64,000 nt of DNA from an uncultured Lachnospiraceae bacterium (GTDB lineage: Bacteria; Bacillota; Clostridia; Lachnospirales; Lachnospiraceae). A model generated the notes under the pieces. It saw nothing but the letters and a program-made list of their open reading frames with translations. It was not told the origin of the DNA and made no database searches. Location: assembly GCA_910580005.1 (NCBI GenBank), contig CAJTXH010000001.1, forward strand, positions 11,539 through 75,538, given 5' to 3'. Numbering within the stretch: position 1 is the stretch's first letter; each line of letters starts with the position of its first letter. Position numbers and translations under genes: made by a program. Shown in pieces: positions 49,822 through 59,995 of the stretch.

Positions 49822-50994
49822 CTAAAATTTCGCAAAAAGAATTATATTAAAAAATCCATCTTCAAGATAGCAGCCAGTTTCTCCTTCAATTTTTTCTGAA
49901 AAAGATAATACACTTTGCATTCCAAGTCCGTGGTTTTCACCATTTGTGCTTTTAGGAAGTCCTGTCATTAAATCAAATTCTATATTTTTGTCAAATTCAT
50001 TTTTCATATGTATTAACAAATGTTCATATGAACAGTTTACTTTTACATATATATTTCTTCTGTTCTTGTCAAAATCTTTTACACAAATTATTGCATTTTC
50101 AAATAAATTGGCAATAACCAAAGTAAATTCATAATCATTAACTGGTATTTCTTTTGGGATAACAATATCCAAATCTACTTTAATTCCAAGAAAATGGGCT
50201 TTTTCCATCATTTTTGATACAATAGTATTAGCAATGAGGTTATTACAATATTTAATTACTTTATTCTCATCTACTACACTATTAATATGTTCAGTAATTT
50301 TTCTGATTTCATCATATTTATTTTGGGAAAGCATAGCATCAATCATTTTGGAGTAATGTCTTATATCATGGCGTAATATTTTCATATTATGTTCTGACTG
50401 CTCTAACATATAATATTGGTTTTCCAGTCCCTTGATGTATTCTTCCATAAATATATTTTTCCAGTAAATATCCGCCTTTTCTGACTGGCTCTCTACATAT
50501 CGTAAAATAACTACATATGAAACAAACATAGTTATAATAAAAACAATTATCCCAGGTATATTAGCAGGTATATCATAAAGCCTGTTTGGGAAATATGCTA
50601 AAAATGTAAAACTGCAATAAAAAAACACAGGAATAAGACATAATTCCCACCAGTTTTCTAGATATTCCATTTCTTGGCATTTGAGGCATATTTTCCGTAA
50701 TCTGGAATGTAAAATAAAAAGAATGCCAATATGTACAATAGCACTTCCTAAAAGTGATAGTATTTCTTTTCCAGTACATATATGCAGTATTGTTGCCATA
50801 ATGCTTCCTGCTATTACATAGTTGGATGCGCTAAGGCCCATAAACAGGACTTTATTATCCCTTTTCTTTGAAATAATAATAACAACAGACTGGGTAATTA
50901 TTATTTGCGTAATTGTCACTATAAAATAGCATAATTTGCTGTCAGGAAAAATATTCAGCATAAGATAACTGGAAATTATTCTTGAAACCAGCAT
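49822..50994 (-). CDS. AgrC/VirS-like GHKL sensor histidine kinase, possibly 5'-truncated
   Basis: LRHDIRH, NLFENA and HGLG motifs; multiple TMs; no SD, and the ATG lies inside the divergent queT promoter. Confidence 0.75.
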   Translation of the reverse strand: MLVSRIISSYLMLNIFPDSKLCYFIVTITQIIITQSVVIIISKKRDNKVLFMGLSASNYVIAGSIMATILHICTGKEILSLLGSAIVHIGILFILHSRLRKICLKCQEMEYLENWWELCLIPVFFYCSFTFLAYFPNRLYDIPANIPGIIVFIITMFVSYVVILRYVESQSEKADIYWKNIFMEEYIKGLENQYYMLEQSEHNMKILRHDIRHYSKMIDAMLSQNKYDEIRKITEHINSVVDENKVIKYCNNLIANTIVSKMMEKAHFLGIKVDLDIVIPKEIPVNDYEFTLVIANLFENAIICVKDFDKNRRNIYVKVNCSYEHLLIHMKNEFDKNIEFDLMTGLPKSTNGENHGLGMQSVLSFSEKIEGETGCYLEDGFFNIILFAKF

Positions 50995-51010
50995 AGAATT
51001 ATGCTATACT
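50982..51010 (+). promoter_or_regulatory. Sigma-A promoter of queT
   Basis: TTGAAA-17bp-TATACT with TG extension. Confidence 0.7.
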
Positions 51011-51053
51011 CTGTTTTGTTGTGTTTTGGTTATTTTAACACAGAAAAATAATC

Positions 51054-51096
51054 CGGGTGTTCGGGACCTTCCATCCGCATATCAAAACTAAAGGAG
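51054..51096 (+). ncRNA. preQ1-I riboswitch (translational type)
   Basis: P1 CGGGUG/CAUCCG, loop UUCG...CCUU, tail AAAACUA then AAGGAG SD; lies upstream of queT. Confidence 0.8.
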
Positions 51097-51105
51097 ATTA
51101 AAATT

Positions 51106-51642
51106 ATGAACAAAAAAATTCTATTTATCACACAGTCAGCAATGATTGCAGCAGTTTATATTGTACTTACGTATTTTATAAATGCTTTTAATCTTGCGTC
51201 AGGTTCAATCCAGATAAGGATTTCAGAAGCATTAACGGTTCTTCCTTATTTTACACCAGCCGCAATTCCAGGTTTATTTATAGGCTGTTTCCTGTCTAAT
51301 ATACTTATAGGAAGTCTTGTTCCAGATATAATATTTGGAAGCCTTGCAACATTAATTGGTGCTGTTGGTACATATCTTTTAAGAAACCATAAATTTGCAC
51401 TTACACTTCCTCCTGTAATATCTAATATGATTATTGTGCCATTTGTGCTTAAATATGCATATGGTGTACCACCAGTTATTTTTAAGGATATGGATTTGAC
51501 TATTCCATTTCTTATGGCAACTGTAGGTATAGGTGAAGTTATTTCATGTTGTATACTGGGCACTCTGCTTGTCCGTTCATTAGGCAGGTACAGGGGGCAG
51601 ATTTTTGGTATTGTTGCTTCAAAACCAGTTACAAAGGCATAA
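51106..51642 (+). CDS. queT: QueT queuosine-precursor transporter
   Basis: AMIAAVYIVLT, IQIRISEALTVLP and GCFLSN motifs; riboswitch upstream. Confidence 0.9.
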   Translation: MNKKILFITQSAMIAAVYIVLTYFINAFNLASGSIQIRISEALTVLPYFTPAAIPGLFIGCFLSNILIGSLVPDIIFGSLATLIGAVGTYLLRNHKFALTLPPVISNMIIVPFVLKYAYGVPPVIFKDMDLTIPFLMATVGIGEVISCCILGTLLVRSLGRYRGQIFGIVASKPVTKA

Positions 51643-51723
51643 AATAGAGGAATATTAAAACAAGGTAGGGAATATATTGTATAAATGAATTCCAGTAAAT
51701 CATTCTTGGAAAGGGAGGGTACT

Positions 51724-52170
51724 ATGTCAAGAACCAGGATAGTGATTTTACAGATGAGGGAAATTATATATACAGCTATATTTGCAGGCCTTGGCATACT
51801 GTTGCTTATAATCTTGTTTTTCATGTTTTGGCCTGATGGGAAGGATGAAAATAAGGAACGGGCAGATAATGAAAAGACGGCTGTTTATGAGGCTGGCATC
51901 TATAATAAAAAGATGACAGTGGGTGACAGTGTTATTAACCTGCAAGTGGTTCTTGATGAAGAACAGGTTAAATCAGTAGAAATGACAAACCTGGATGATA
52001 CAGTGTCTGCAATGTACCCGCTTATGAAACCTTCTGTTGAGTCAATTTCAAACCAGCTTGCAGCAGGTGCATCATTAGATGAAGTGGTATTGTCAGATGA
52101 GGGGCAGTATACAGAAAAGATGATTTTAAATGAAGTAGATAATGTTTTAGATGAACATAAGGCAAAATGA
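51724..52170 (+). CDS. Hypothetical membrane-anchored protein
   Basis: GGGAGG SD; N-terminal TM followed by an acidic soluble domain. Confidence 0.7.
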   Translation: MSRTRIVILQMREIIYTAIFAGLGILLLIILFFMFWPDGKDENKERADNEKTAVYEAGIYNKKMTVGDSVINLQVVLDEEQVKSVEMTNLDDTVSAMYPLMKPSVESISNQLAAGASLDEVVLSDEGQYTEKMILNEVDNVLDEHKAK

Positions 52171-52175
52171 TTTGT

Positions 52176-52205
52176 AAAGGTGTGTCTGTAAAAGACGCAC
52201 CTTTT
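52176..52205 (+). terminator. Intrinsic terminator
   Basis: AAAGGTGTGTCT-GTAAA-AGACGCACCTTT. Confidence 0.75.
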
Positions 52206-52253
52206 ATGTTATAATAAATTAACAGTTATTACATTATTATAAAGGAGAAATGG

Positions 52254-55200
52254 ATGTCATTACAATTTATACTCGGGGGTTCAGGCAGGGGAAAGACTTA
52301 TTATATACAACATATGGCTGTCAGTGAGGCTTTTAATAATCCGCAGAAAGAATATATAATAATTGTGCCTGAACAGTTTACAATGCAGACGCAAAAAGAA
52401 CTTGTAGAGTTAAGTCCTGGAAAGGGAATTATGAATATTGATGTACAGAGTTTTGTAAGACTTGCTTTCAGGGTTTTTACTGAACTTGGGGCAGGGAATA
52501 AGCCTGTACTTGATGATATGGGAAAGACTATGATATTAAAAAAAGTTCTGCTTGACAGGCAGGATGAACTTGGATATTTTGGAAGGAATATACATAAAAA
52601 GGGTTATATTACAGAGATAAAATCTTTTTTATCAGAACTTGTACAATATGGAATTGACGATGAAATGCTTGGGAGAATGATTGGAAGTGCAGAAAAGAAA
52701 CCAGCGCTTAAAAGAAAACTTGAAGATATGGCTGTAGCTTACAAAGCATTTCTTGATTATATAAATAATAATTATATAACTTCTGAAGAGGTTATAACTG
52801 TATTTTCAGAAATTGCTAATATGTCAGAAATTATCATGGGAAGTGTTATATTTCTTGATGGTTTTACAGGATTTACTCCATTGCAGTATAAACTTCTTGC
52901 AGAATTAATGAAATCAGCAGAGAAAGTATATGTAACTGTTTCAATAGATTTTAATGAGCCTGTTACAAGTGAGGGCGCAAAACACAGGCTTTTCCATATG
53001 AGCCGTAAAACAATATGTAAGCTTAGGGATATTGCGTATGCAAATAATATTGAAGTGCTGGATAATATATGGACAGGTTTGAGTGAAGGTGAAAGCAGAT
53101 ATGCAGAAGCACCATCACTTTCGGCACTTGAAAAGAATTTGTTCCGTTATAATATGGCAAAATACAATAATCCAGGTGAGATTTCAATACATTTGTTAAA
53201 ACAGCCTGGTGATGAAGTTTCATTTATTATACAAGAGATTAAACATCTGCTCAGGGAAAAGAAATGCAGGTATAAGGATATTGCTATAATAGCAGGTGAT
53301 TTGCAGACCTATGGGATTATAACTGATAATGAAATGAAACAGGCAGGTTTTCCATGCTTTATTGACCAGAAGAAAAGTGTACTTTCAAATCCATTTGTTG
53401 ATGCTATAGATGCAATACTTGATGTTTTAATTAAGGACTTTGCTTATAAAGATGTAATGAGGTATATTAAAGGAAGTTTTTCAGGAATTACTAAGGAATA
53501 TGCAGATATTATGGATAATTTTATTCTTGCAACAGGAATAAGGGGACATAAAAAATGGGGGAAGGAATGGGATAGTGGGTACGTGTACCAGAGGCGTACT
53601 GCTGAATCAAAAGAATATGCGGATGGTGTTATAAATTCTGTGCGTGAAAAAATAGCAGGTATATTATTGCCGCTTTATAAAGAAACAGTTCCAAAGAAAC
53701 ATACTGTAAGGCATTTTGCAGAGATATTCTGTAATTTTTTTGAAGAACAGGGTTTTTATGGAATTATAATGGAAAAAGCAGATTTATTTGCGGAACAAGG
53801 GGAACTGGCACTTGCTGGTGAGTATGGACAGATTTACGGAATTATATTATCTGTATTTGACAGGCTTGTAGAACTTCTTGGTGATGAGGAAATGAAACTT
53901 TCTGAATTTAAGGAACTGCTTGACACTGGGTTTTCAGAAGCAAGGATAGGGCTTATACCACCTGGCACTGACCAGATTGTTGCAGGTGATATGTCAAGGA
54001 CACGTATTTCAGGAATTAAATATTTATTTTTTATAGGGGCTAATGATATAAATATTCCTAAAGGAAATTCTGGTGGTGGTATTCTGTCAGATTCTGAAAG
54101 GACTTTTCTTTCAAGTGAAGAATTTGAGATTGCACCAACATCAAGAGAACTTGTATACCAGGAACAGTTTTACCTTTATATTAATATGACAAAACCATCG
54201 TCACATCTTTATATAACATATTGCGAAACAGGCAATGACGGGCGGGCACAGAACCCATCATATATTATAGAAAGATTTACAAAGATGTTTCCAGGGCTTT
54301 GTGTTAAGACAGAGGAAACAAGAAATGATGCAGAACATATTTTATCAAATGACCTGGGACTTAAATATCTGGTAAATGGTCTTAGAAAAGCAGATTACAG
54401 TGGCAGCCAGTGGGGAGAGCTTTATAAATTTTATCTTGTAAATAAAGATTATAATACTATACTTGGAAGGCTTGTAAATGCTTCTTTTTACAGGGAGGTA
54501 AAAAGCAAAATATCACAAAAGGCTGCAAAAGCGCTTTATAATGAGGTATTTCGTTGCAGCACTTCACAGCTTGAAAGATATGCAGCATGTGCATTTTCAT
54601 ATTTTGCCCAGTATGGGCTGCGTCTTGAAGAAAGGGCAGAACACAAGGTAGAATTTTTTGATATAGGAAATATTGTGCATGAGGCTTTGCAGTTATATAC
54701 AGACAAGCTTTTGAAAAGCGGAAAACAGTGGTGGGAGCTTACAGAAGAAGAGCAGCATATACAGGCAGATAAGTGCCTGGATGAAGCTGCCAGTAAATAC
54801 AAAAACAGCCTTATGTATGAAACTGAAAGGGATACTTACATGCTTGTAAGGCTTAGGAAACTTTTAAACAGGACTGTATGGGCTGTAACAGAACAGATGA
54901 AACTTGGAAAGTTTGATACAATAGAAAGTGAATTTACATTTGATATAACGGAAGATAATGACAATATTAAGGATAATAAAAAAGATGTAATACATCTTAT
55001 TGGGCGTATTGACAGAATTGATGAATATAAAAATGATAAATGCACTTATATAAAAATTGTTGATTATAAAACAGGAAAGAAGGATATGTCACTTTCAGAC
55101 CTTTATTATGGGCTTCAGATGCAGCTTGTTATTTACCTTAAGGCAGCTATGGAGGCGGCAGATGAAACAAAGATTGTAATACCAGCGGGGGTACTCTACT

Positions 55201-55706
55201 ATAATATCGCAGACCCTGTAATTGAGGGAAAGCCTGATAAGAGCCAGATTGAAGGTGAAATGTTAAAGAGCCTTAAAATGAGGGGGATTGTAAATGAAGA
55301 TGACCCTGTAATACCTTTACTTGATGCTAATTTTGAAACAGATACAGGGGAACTTCCTGTCAAAGTTTCATCAGTTATTGCACCATTTGGCACTGACAAG
55401 GATGGCAATTTAAAGAAAGCATCACAGGCAATTACAACGAAGGATTTTGATAATATTATATCTTATACGCAGAAAAAAATTGTAAATATGAGCCAGGAAA
55501 TTATGGATGGAAAGACGGAAGCTCTTCCATACAGAAAGAATGATACTGAAGGGCGGACGGCATGTGACTACTGCGGTTACAGGGATATATGCAGGTTTGA
55601 TGCCCGTATTCCAGGTAATAATTTCCGTGTGTTGAATAAATTAAGTGATGATGATGTACTGGATAAGATACAAGAGCCAGAAGATAATAATAGAAAGGCA
55701 GATTAA
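52254..55706 (+). CDS. addB: ATP-dependent helicase/nuclease subunit B
   Basis: GGSGRGKT, VPEQFT, GRIDRID, VDYKTG and QLVIY motifs; Fe-S cysteines (C..., CDYC...C). Confidence 0.95.
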   Translation: MSLQFILGGSGRGKTYYIQHMAVSEAFNNPQKEYIIIVPEQFTMQTQKELVELSPGKGIMNIDVQSFVRLAFRVFTELGAGNKPVLDDMGKTMILKKVLLDRQDELGYFGRNIHKKGYITEIKSFLSELVQYGIDDEMLGRMIGSAEKKPALKRKLEDMAVAYKAFLDYINNNYITSEEVITVFSEIANMSEIIMGSVIFLDGFTGFTPLQYKLLAELMKSAEKVYVTVSIDFNEPVTSEGAKHRLFHMSRKTICKLRDIAYANNIEVLDNIWTGLSEGESRYAEAPSLSALEKNLFRYNMAKYNNPGEISIHLLKQPGDEVSFIIQEIKHLLREKKCRYKDIAIIAGDLQTYGIITDNEMKQAGFPCFIDQKKSVLSNPFVDAIDAILDVLIKDFAYKDVMRYIKGSFSGITKEYADIMDNFILATGIRGHKKWGKEWDSGYVYQRRTAESKEYADGVINSVREKIAGILLPLYKETVPKKHTVRHFAEIFCNFFEEQGFYGIIMEKADLFAEQGELALAGEYGQIYGIILSVFDRLVELLGDEEMKLSEFKELLDTGFSEARIGLIPPGTDQIVAGDMSRTRISGIKYLFFIGANDINIPKGNSGGGILSDSERTFLSSEEFEIAPTSRELVYQEQFYLYINMTKPSSHLYITYCETGNDGRAQNPSYIIERFTKMFPGLCVKTEETRNDAEHILSNDLGLKYLVNGLRKADYSGSQWGELYKFYLVNKDYNTILGRLVNASFYREVKSKISQKAAKALYNEVFRCSTSQLERYAACAFSYFAQYGLRLEERAEHKVEFFDIGNIVHEALQLYTDKLLKSGKQWWELTEEEQHIQADKCLDEAASKYKNSLMYETERDTYMLVRLRKLLNRTVWAVTEQMKLGKFDTIESEFTFDITEDNDNIKDNKKDVIHLIGRIDRIDEYKNDKCTYIKIVDYKTGKKDMSLSDLYYGLQMQLVIYLKAAMEAADETKIVIPAGVLYYNIADPVIEGKPDKSQIEGEMLKSLKMRGIVNEDDPVIPLLDANFETDTGELPVKVSSVIAPFGTDKDGNLKKASQAITTKDFDNIISYTQKKIVNMSQEIMDGKTEALPYRKNDTEGRTACDYCGYRDICRFDARIPGNNFRVLNKLSDDDVLDKIQEPEDNNRKAD

Positions 55707-55708
55707 AT

Positions 55709-58700
55709 ATGGGAGATGCAAAATGGACTAAGGAGCAGGAGCTTGTTATTAACTTGCGTGGCAGGAATATACTTGTGTCTGCAGCGGCTGGTTCAGGTAA
55801 AACTGCGGTGCTTGTTGAAAGAATTATACAGATTATATCAGACAGAAGCAGGCGTGTTGATATAGACAGGCTTTTGGTTGTAACTTTTACAAAGGCGGCA
55901 GCTTCGGAGATGAGAAGCAGGGTTGGTGATGCAATAGAGGGAATGCTTTTAGAATGTCCTGATGATGAACATTTGCAAAGGCAGGCAACACTTTTGCATA
56001 ATGCACAGATAACAACTATAGACAGTTTCTGCCAGAATATTATACGCAATTATTTTCATGTAATTGATTTAGACCCATCTTTCAGGGTTGCAGATGAAAA
56101 TGAACTTGCAATAATGAAAACGGATATTATGGAAGAACTTCTGGAAAGCAGATATAAGGAAAGCAGAGAGGAAAATAACCAGGATTTCCTTGATTTTACA
56201 GAAAGCTTTTCACCTGGAAGGACTGACAGCAATATAGAAGAACTTGTTTTAAGGCTTTACAATATATCCGTAAGTTATCCGTGGCCAGAGGAATGGCTGG
56301 GCAGTTGTCTTGATATGTATTCATGTAGCAGCATGGAAGAGTTTGAAGAAACTTTATGGATGAAAGAACTTAAAAAATATATATACAATTCATTAAATGA
56401 CTATTTGGCGGTAGCAAACAGGGCACTGGAAATATGTAATAGTGAAAGTGGGCCTGGAAATTACTGTGATGCAATAGAGTCTGATATTAACCAGATTATG
56501 ATGCTAAAGGAAGCAGACAGTTATGCCAGTTATTATAATGCATTTTGTATGCTTAATCCTGCAAGGCTTTCTGCCAAGCGTGACCCAAATGTTATTCCAG
56601 AGAAGAAAGAAGAAGTAAAGGCACTTAGGGAAAGTTACCAAAAAAGTGGTTTACAGGTGCTTAAGAAAAATTTCTTTTACCAGACTCCAGAGGAAATGCT
56701 TGCTGACATTAAGGCGATGTACCCTTTAGTAAATGAACTTATAAGGCTTGTAAAAGATTTTTCAGACTTATTTGCTGAAAAGAAGAGGGAAGAAGGCATT
56801 CTGGATTTTGCAGATATGGAGCATTTTGCATTAAATATACTTACCTGTAAAGAAGATGGAGAAGTAAAACCAAGTGCGGTTGCATGCGAATTACAGGAAT
56901 TTTATGAGGAAATAATGACTGATGAGTACCAGGACAGCAATTTTGTGCAGGAGCTTATACTGACAAGCCTTTGCCGTGCACCAGAGAAGAAACCATACCT
57001 TTTCATGGTTGGTGATGTTAAACAGAGTATTTACCAGTTCCGTCTTGCAAGACCTGAGCTTTTTATGCAGAAGTATAACAGCTATACTATTTCTGACAGC
57101 CCATACCGCAGGATAGATTTGCATAAGAATTTCAGAAGCAGGGAAATTGTGCTTGAGTCTTCTAATTTTATCTTTGAAAATATTATGAAAGAATGTCTTG
57201 GAGGCATTAATTATGATAATGATGCAAGGCTTGTAACAGGTAGGGATTATGAAGATACAGACTTAAATATCTCCAAGAAAACAGATGTACTTGTTATAGA
57301 ACAGAAAAGCGAAGAGGCAGAAAATATTGAGAAACGTATTCTTGAAGCAGCATCAATAGGTGACTGTATACGTGGAATGGTACAGGGGGAAAATCCTCTT
57401 TATATAAGTGGAAAAGATGGCTACAGGCGTGCAGAATACAGGGATATTGTAATTTTATTAAGAAGTGTAAGCGGATGGTCAGAAGAGTTTATAGAAACAC
57501 TTACAGACATGGGAATACCTGCATTTTCTGATACAAAGACAGGATATTTTTCAGCAATAGAAGTTTGTACTGTATTGGATTTTTTGCGTATTATTGATAA
57601 CCCAAGGCAGGATATACCATTAGTGGCAGTGTTGCGTTCTATTATATGCAATATAACAGATGAGGAACTGGCCTGTATTGCAGCATTGCCACGCACATTA
57701 AATTATATGGATGCCCTGCTGCTTTTTATTAAAATATATAACACAGAAGAAAGCAGTTTAGAAGAAGAAAGGAATTTAGAATATAACGGGTTAAATTTTA
57801 ATATTAGAAAATATATTGAAAAGATACCACTAAGCTATAAAGAGGGAAAACAGCTTGCAAAAAAGCTGGAAAAGTTCTGTAATATACTTTCCCATTATCA
57901 GGAAATGTCAAAATATTCTTCTGTCTATGAAATATTACAGTGTATTTATAAGGAAACAGGATATTATGATATTATGTCTGCAATGCCTGCTGGTGAAAAA
58001 AGAGCTGCGAACCTTGATATTCTTTTACAGCAGTCTATAGAATTTACAGAAAACGGACACAGAGGAATATTTGGCTTTACACATTATATTGAGCGTCTTA
58101 ATAAATCAAATATTGATTTTGGGGAGGCTTCTGTTAATGGTGAAAATACTAATGCTGTAAGGATTATGAGTATACATAAAAGCAAAGGTTTGCAGTTCCC
58201 AGTTGTATTTGTAGCAGGGATGGGCAAACATTTTAATCTGCAGGATGCAAGGAAATCCACAATAATTGATGCCAGTTTTGGTATAGGTGCAGATTATATT
58301 GATTTGGATTTAAGGGTAAAACAGCCTGTGCTTATAAAGAAATTTATGGCAAACCAGATAAAGAAAAATACACTTTCTGAGGAAATAAGGATACTTTATG
58401 TTGCACTTACACGTGCTGAAGAAAAGTTAATATTAACAGGAACAGCGGCAAATGTTAGTAAAAAAATGGACAAGTGGAGAAACAAAGGTGGAAACCATAG
58501 CATGACTTCCCTTATGGGTGCACAGACATATTTTGACTGGATTATGCCGGTACTGCTTAATGGGGGGGTTGATGCAGAAAAACTGTTTGATATTAAAATA
58601 ACAGGACAAGGGGATATTATTACAGAGGAGAAACAGGAACTTGAAAAAAGCATAAATAACTATAACCTTCTGAAAAACTGGGATACAGAAAAGGTTTATA

Positions 58701-59440
58701 ATGAAAGCCTGTATAAAGAAATAGAAAGCCAGTTAAATTATAAATATCCATATTACAGCGGACAGAAGCTTCCTGTTAAAATATCTGTCACAGAAATTAA
58801 AAGAATAGCAGAGCAGAAGGCAGAAATAATTGCAGGTGATGAAGATAATATTGTAACAGAACGTAATTATGATATTATACCTAAAGCACGTTTTATGAAA
58901 GATACTGGTAAAATATCCAATGCAGAAAAGGGAACTCTTTACCATCTTGTAATGGAACACCTGCCATATGGCAAATTAAATGATAAATTTGATTTTAAAG
59001 GGTTTATAGCAGAAATGGCGGATAGTGGGTATATGACAGAAGAAGAAGCTTCTGTAATTGATGCCAGGAAGTTTAAAGCATTTTATAAAAGTAATATATG
59101 TAAACGTATGTGCAAGGCACAGGAAAGCGGTACATTAAAAAGGGAACAGCCCTTTATAATTGGCATTAAAGCAGAAGAACTTTATGACCTGCCTGCCAAT
59201 ATGGGTGAAGAAACCATATTAATGCAGGGAATAATTGATGCATTTTTTGAAGAGGATGGAAAAATTGTACTTGTTGATTATAAAACAGATTTTGTAAAAA
59301 GAGGCAGCAGCAAAGAACTGGCAGAAAAATACAGGCAGCAGCTTGGATATTATGCAAGGGCGGTTAATAATATAACCGGGAAAGAAGTTAAAGAAAAAGT
59401 TATTTATTCATTTACACTGGGGGAAGAGGTACAGGAGTAA
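55709..59440 (+). CDS. addA: ATP-dependent helicase/nuclease subunit A
   Basis: AAAGSGKT, DEYQD, GDVKQSIY.FR, SIHKSKGL, YVALTRA and GIID...DYKTD motifs. Confidence 0.96.
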   Translation: MGDAKWTKEQELVINLRGRNILVSAAAGSGKTAVLVERIIQIISDRSRRVDIDRLLVVTFTKAAASEMRSRVGDAIEGMLLECPDDEHLQRQATLLHNAQITTIDSFCQNIIRNYFHVIDLDPSFRVADENELAIMKTDIMEELLESRYKESREENNQDFLDFTESFSPGRTDSNIEELVLRLYNISVSYPWPEEWLGSCLDMYSCSSMEEFEETLWMKELKKYIYNSLNDYLAVANRALEICNSESGPGNYCDAIESDINQIMMLKEADSYASYYNAFCMLNPARLSAKRDPNVIPEKKEEVKALRESYQKSGLQVLKKNFFYQTPEEMLADIKAMYPLVNELIRLVKDFSDLFAEKKREEGILDFADMEHFALNILTCKEDGEVKPSAVACELQEFYEEIMTDEYQDSNFVQELILTSLCRAPEKKPYLFMVGDVKQSIYQFRLARPELFMQKYNSYTISDSPYRRIDLHKNFRSREIVLESSNFIFENIMKECLGGINYDNDARLVTGRDYEDTDLNISKKTDVLVIEQKSEEAENIEKRILEAASIGDCIRGMVQGENPLYISGKDGYRRAEYRDIVILLRSVSGWSEEFIETLTDMGIPAFSDTKTGYFSAIEVCTVLDFLRIIDNPRQDIPLVAVLRSIICNITDEELACIAALPRTLNYMDALLLFIKIYNTEESSLEEERNLEYNGLNFNIRKYIEKIPLSYKEGKQLAKKLEKFCNILSHYQEMSKYSSVYEILQCIYKETGYYDIMSAMPAGEKRAANLDILLQQSIEFTENGHRGIFGFTHYIERLNKSNIDFGEASVNGENTNAVRIMSIHKSKGLQFPVVFVAGMGKHFNLQDARKSTIIDASFGIGADYIDLDLRVKQPVLIKKFMANQIKKNTLSEEIRILYVALTRAEEKLILTGTAANVSKKMDKWRNKGGNHSMTSLMGAQTYFDWIMPVLLNGGVDAEKLFDIKITGQGDIITEEKQELEKSINNYNLLKNWDTEKVYNESLYKEIESQLNYKYPYYSGQKLPVKISVTEIKRIAEQKAEIIAGDEDNIVTERNYDIIPKARFMKDTGKISNAEKGTLYHLVMEHLPYGKLNDKFDFKGFIAEMADSGYMTEEEASVIDARKFKAFYKSNICKRMCKAQESGTLKREQPFIIGIKAEELYDLPANMGEETILMQGIIDAFFEEDGKIVLVDYKTDFVKRGSSKELAEKYRQQLGYYARAVNNITGKEVKEKVIYSFTLGEEVQE

Positions 59441-59848
59441 ATGCTAGAGGTTCAGGTAAATATTCTTATGGAAAGAATTGTATATTAAATTAAATTATCT
59501 GAGGTTGTTGGAACAGGGCAGATAACTTATTATGACAAGCCAGACTATCCTAAAAAAGATACTTTTATAGGTGATCATGATAATACTTTGAAATTGGGAG
59601 ATTGTGCAACTAAAAAGTATGTTGATGATATCCCTTATGGAGTAATAGTTACGGCATCCAATCAAAATCCTAAAAATACTACAGTTTTAAAATTTACAAA
59701 AAATGATTGTGGTGACTTGCCTAATGCTATTTTAGATATCTTTGAAGATGGAAAGTGGTCAAAAAGAGGTATTTGTGGACTTACCGTAGGTAACATTATA
59801 GAAGATAGTGTAGATAATGGAAAAATTTCACATGCTTATAAAAAATAG
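59441..59848 (+). pseudogene. Interrupted or N-terminally missing gene fragment (possible DPBB/RlpA-like fold)
   Basis: Open frame 59489-59848 (IKLSEVVGTGQITYY...GDCAT...DCGDLPNAILDIF) preceded by an in-frame TAA at 59486; no SD-linked start for the main frame. Confidence 0.45.
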
Positions 59849-59882
59849 TATTGTAATTTATAGAATATTTATTTTTTATTAA

Positions 59883-59952
59883 AAGGAAGGCTATTACATT
59901 AAAAGATACTATAGTGTGTTATGGTTTTTAATGTAGTAGTTTCCTTATTTTG
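59883..59952 (+). terminator. Long imperfect hairpin after the fragment
   Basis: AGGAAGGCTATTACATTAAAA ... TTTTAATGTAGTAGTTTCCT followed by TATTTT. Confidence 0.55.
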
Positions 59953-59995
59953 TGTTTTTTTATTAATTATATTTAATTTTGGGAGGGAGATTTAA

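Noticed and set aside
51246..51824. 192-aa minus-strand ORF
   Set aside because: It is antisense to queT, which has a promoter, riboswitch, SD and family motifs.
55501..56049. 182-aa minus-strand ORF across the addB/addA junction
   Set aside because: It is an antisense shadow of conserved genes with no independent signals.
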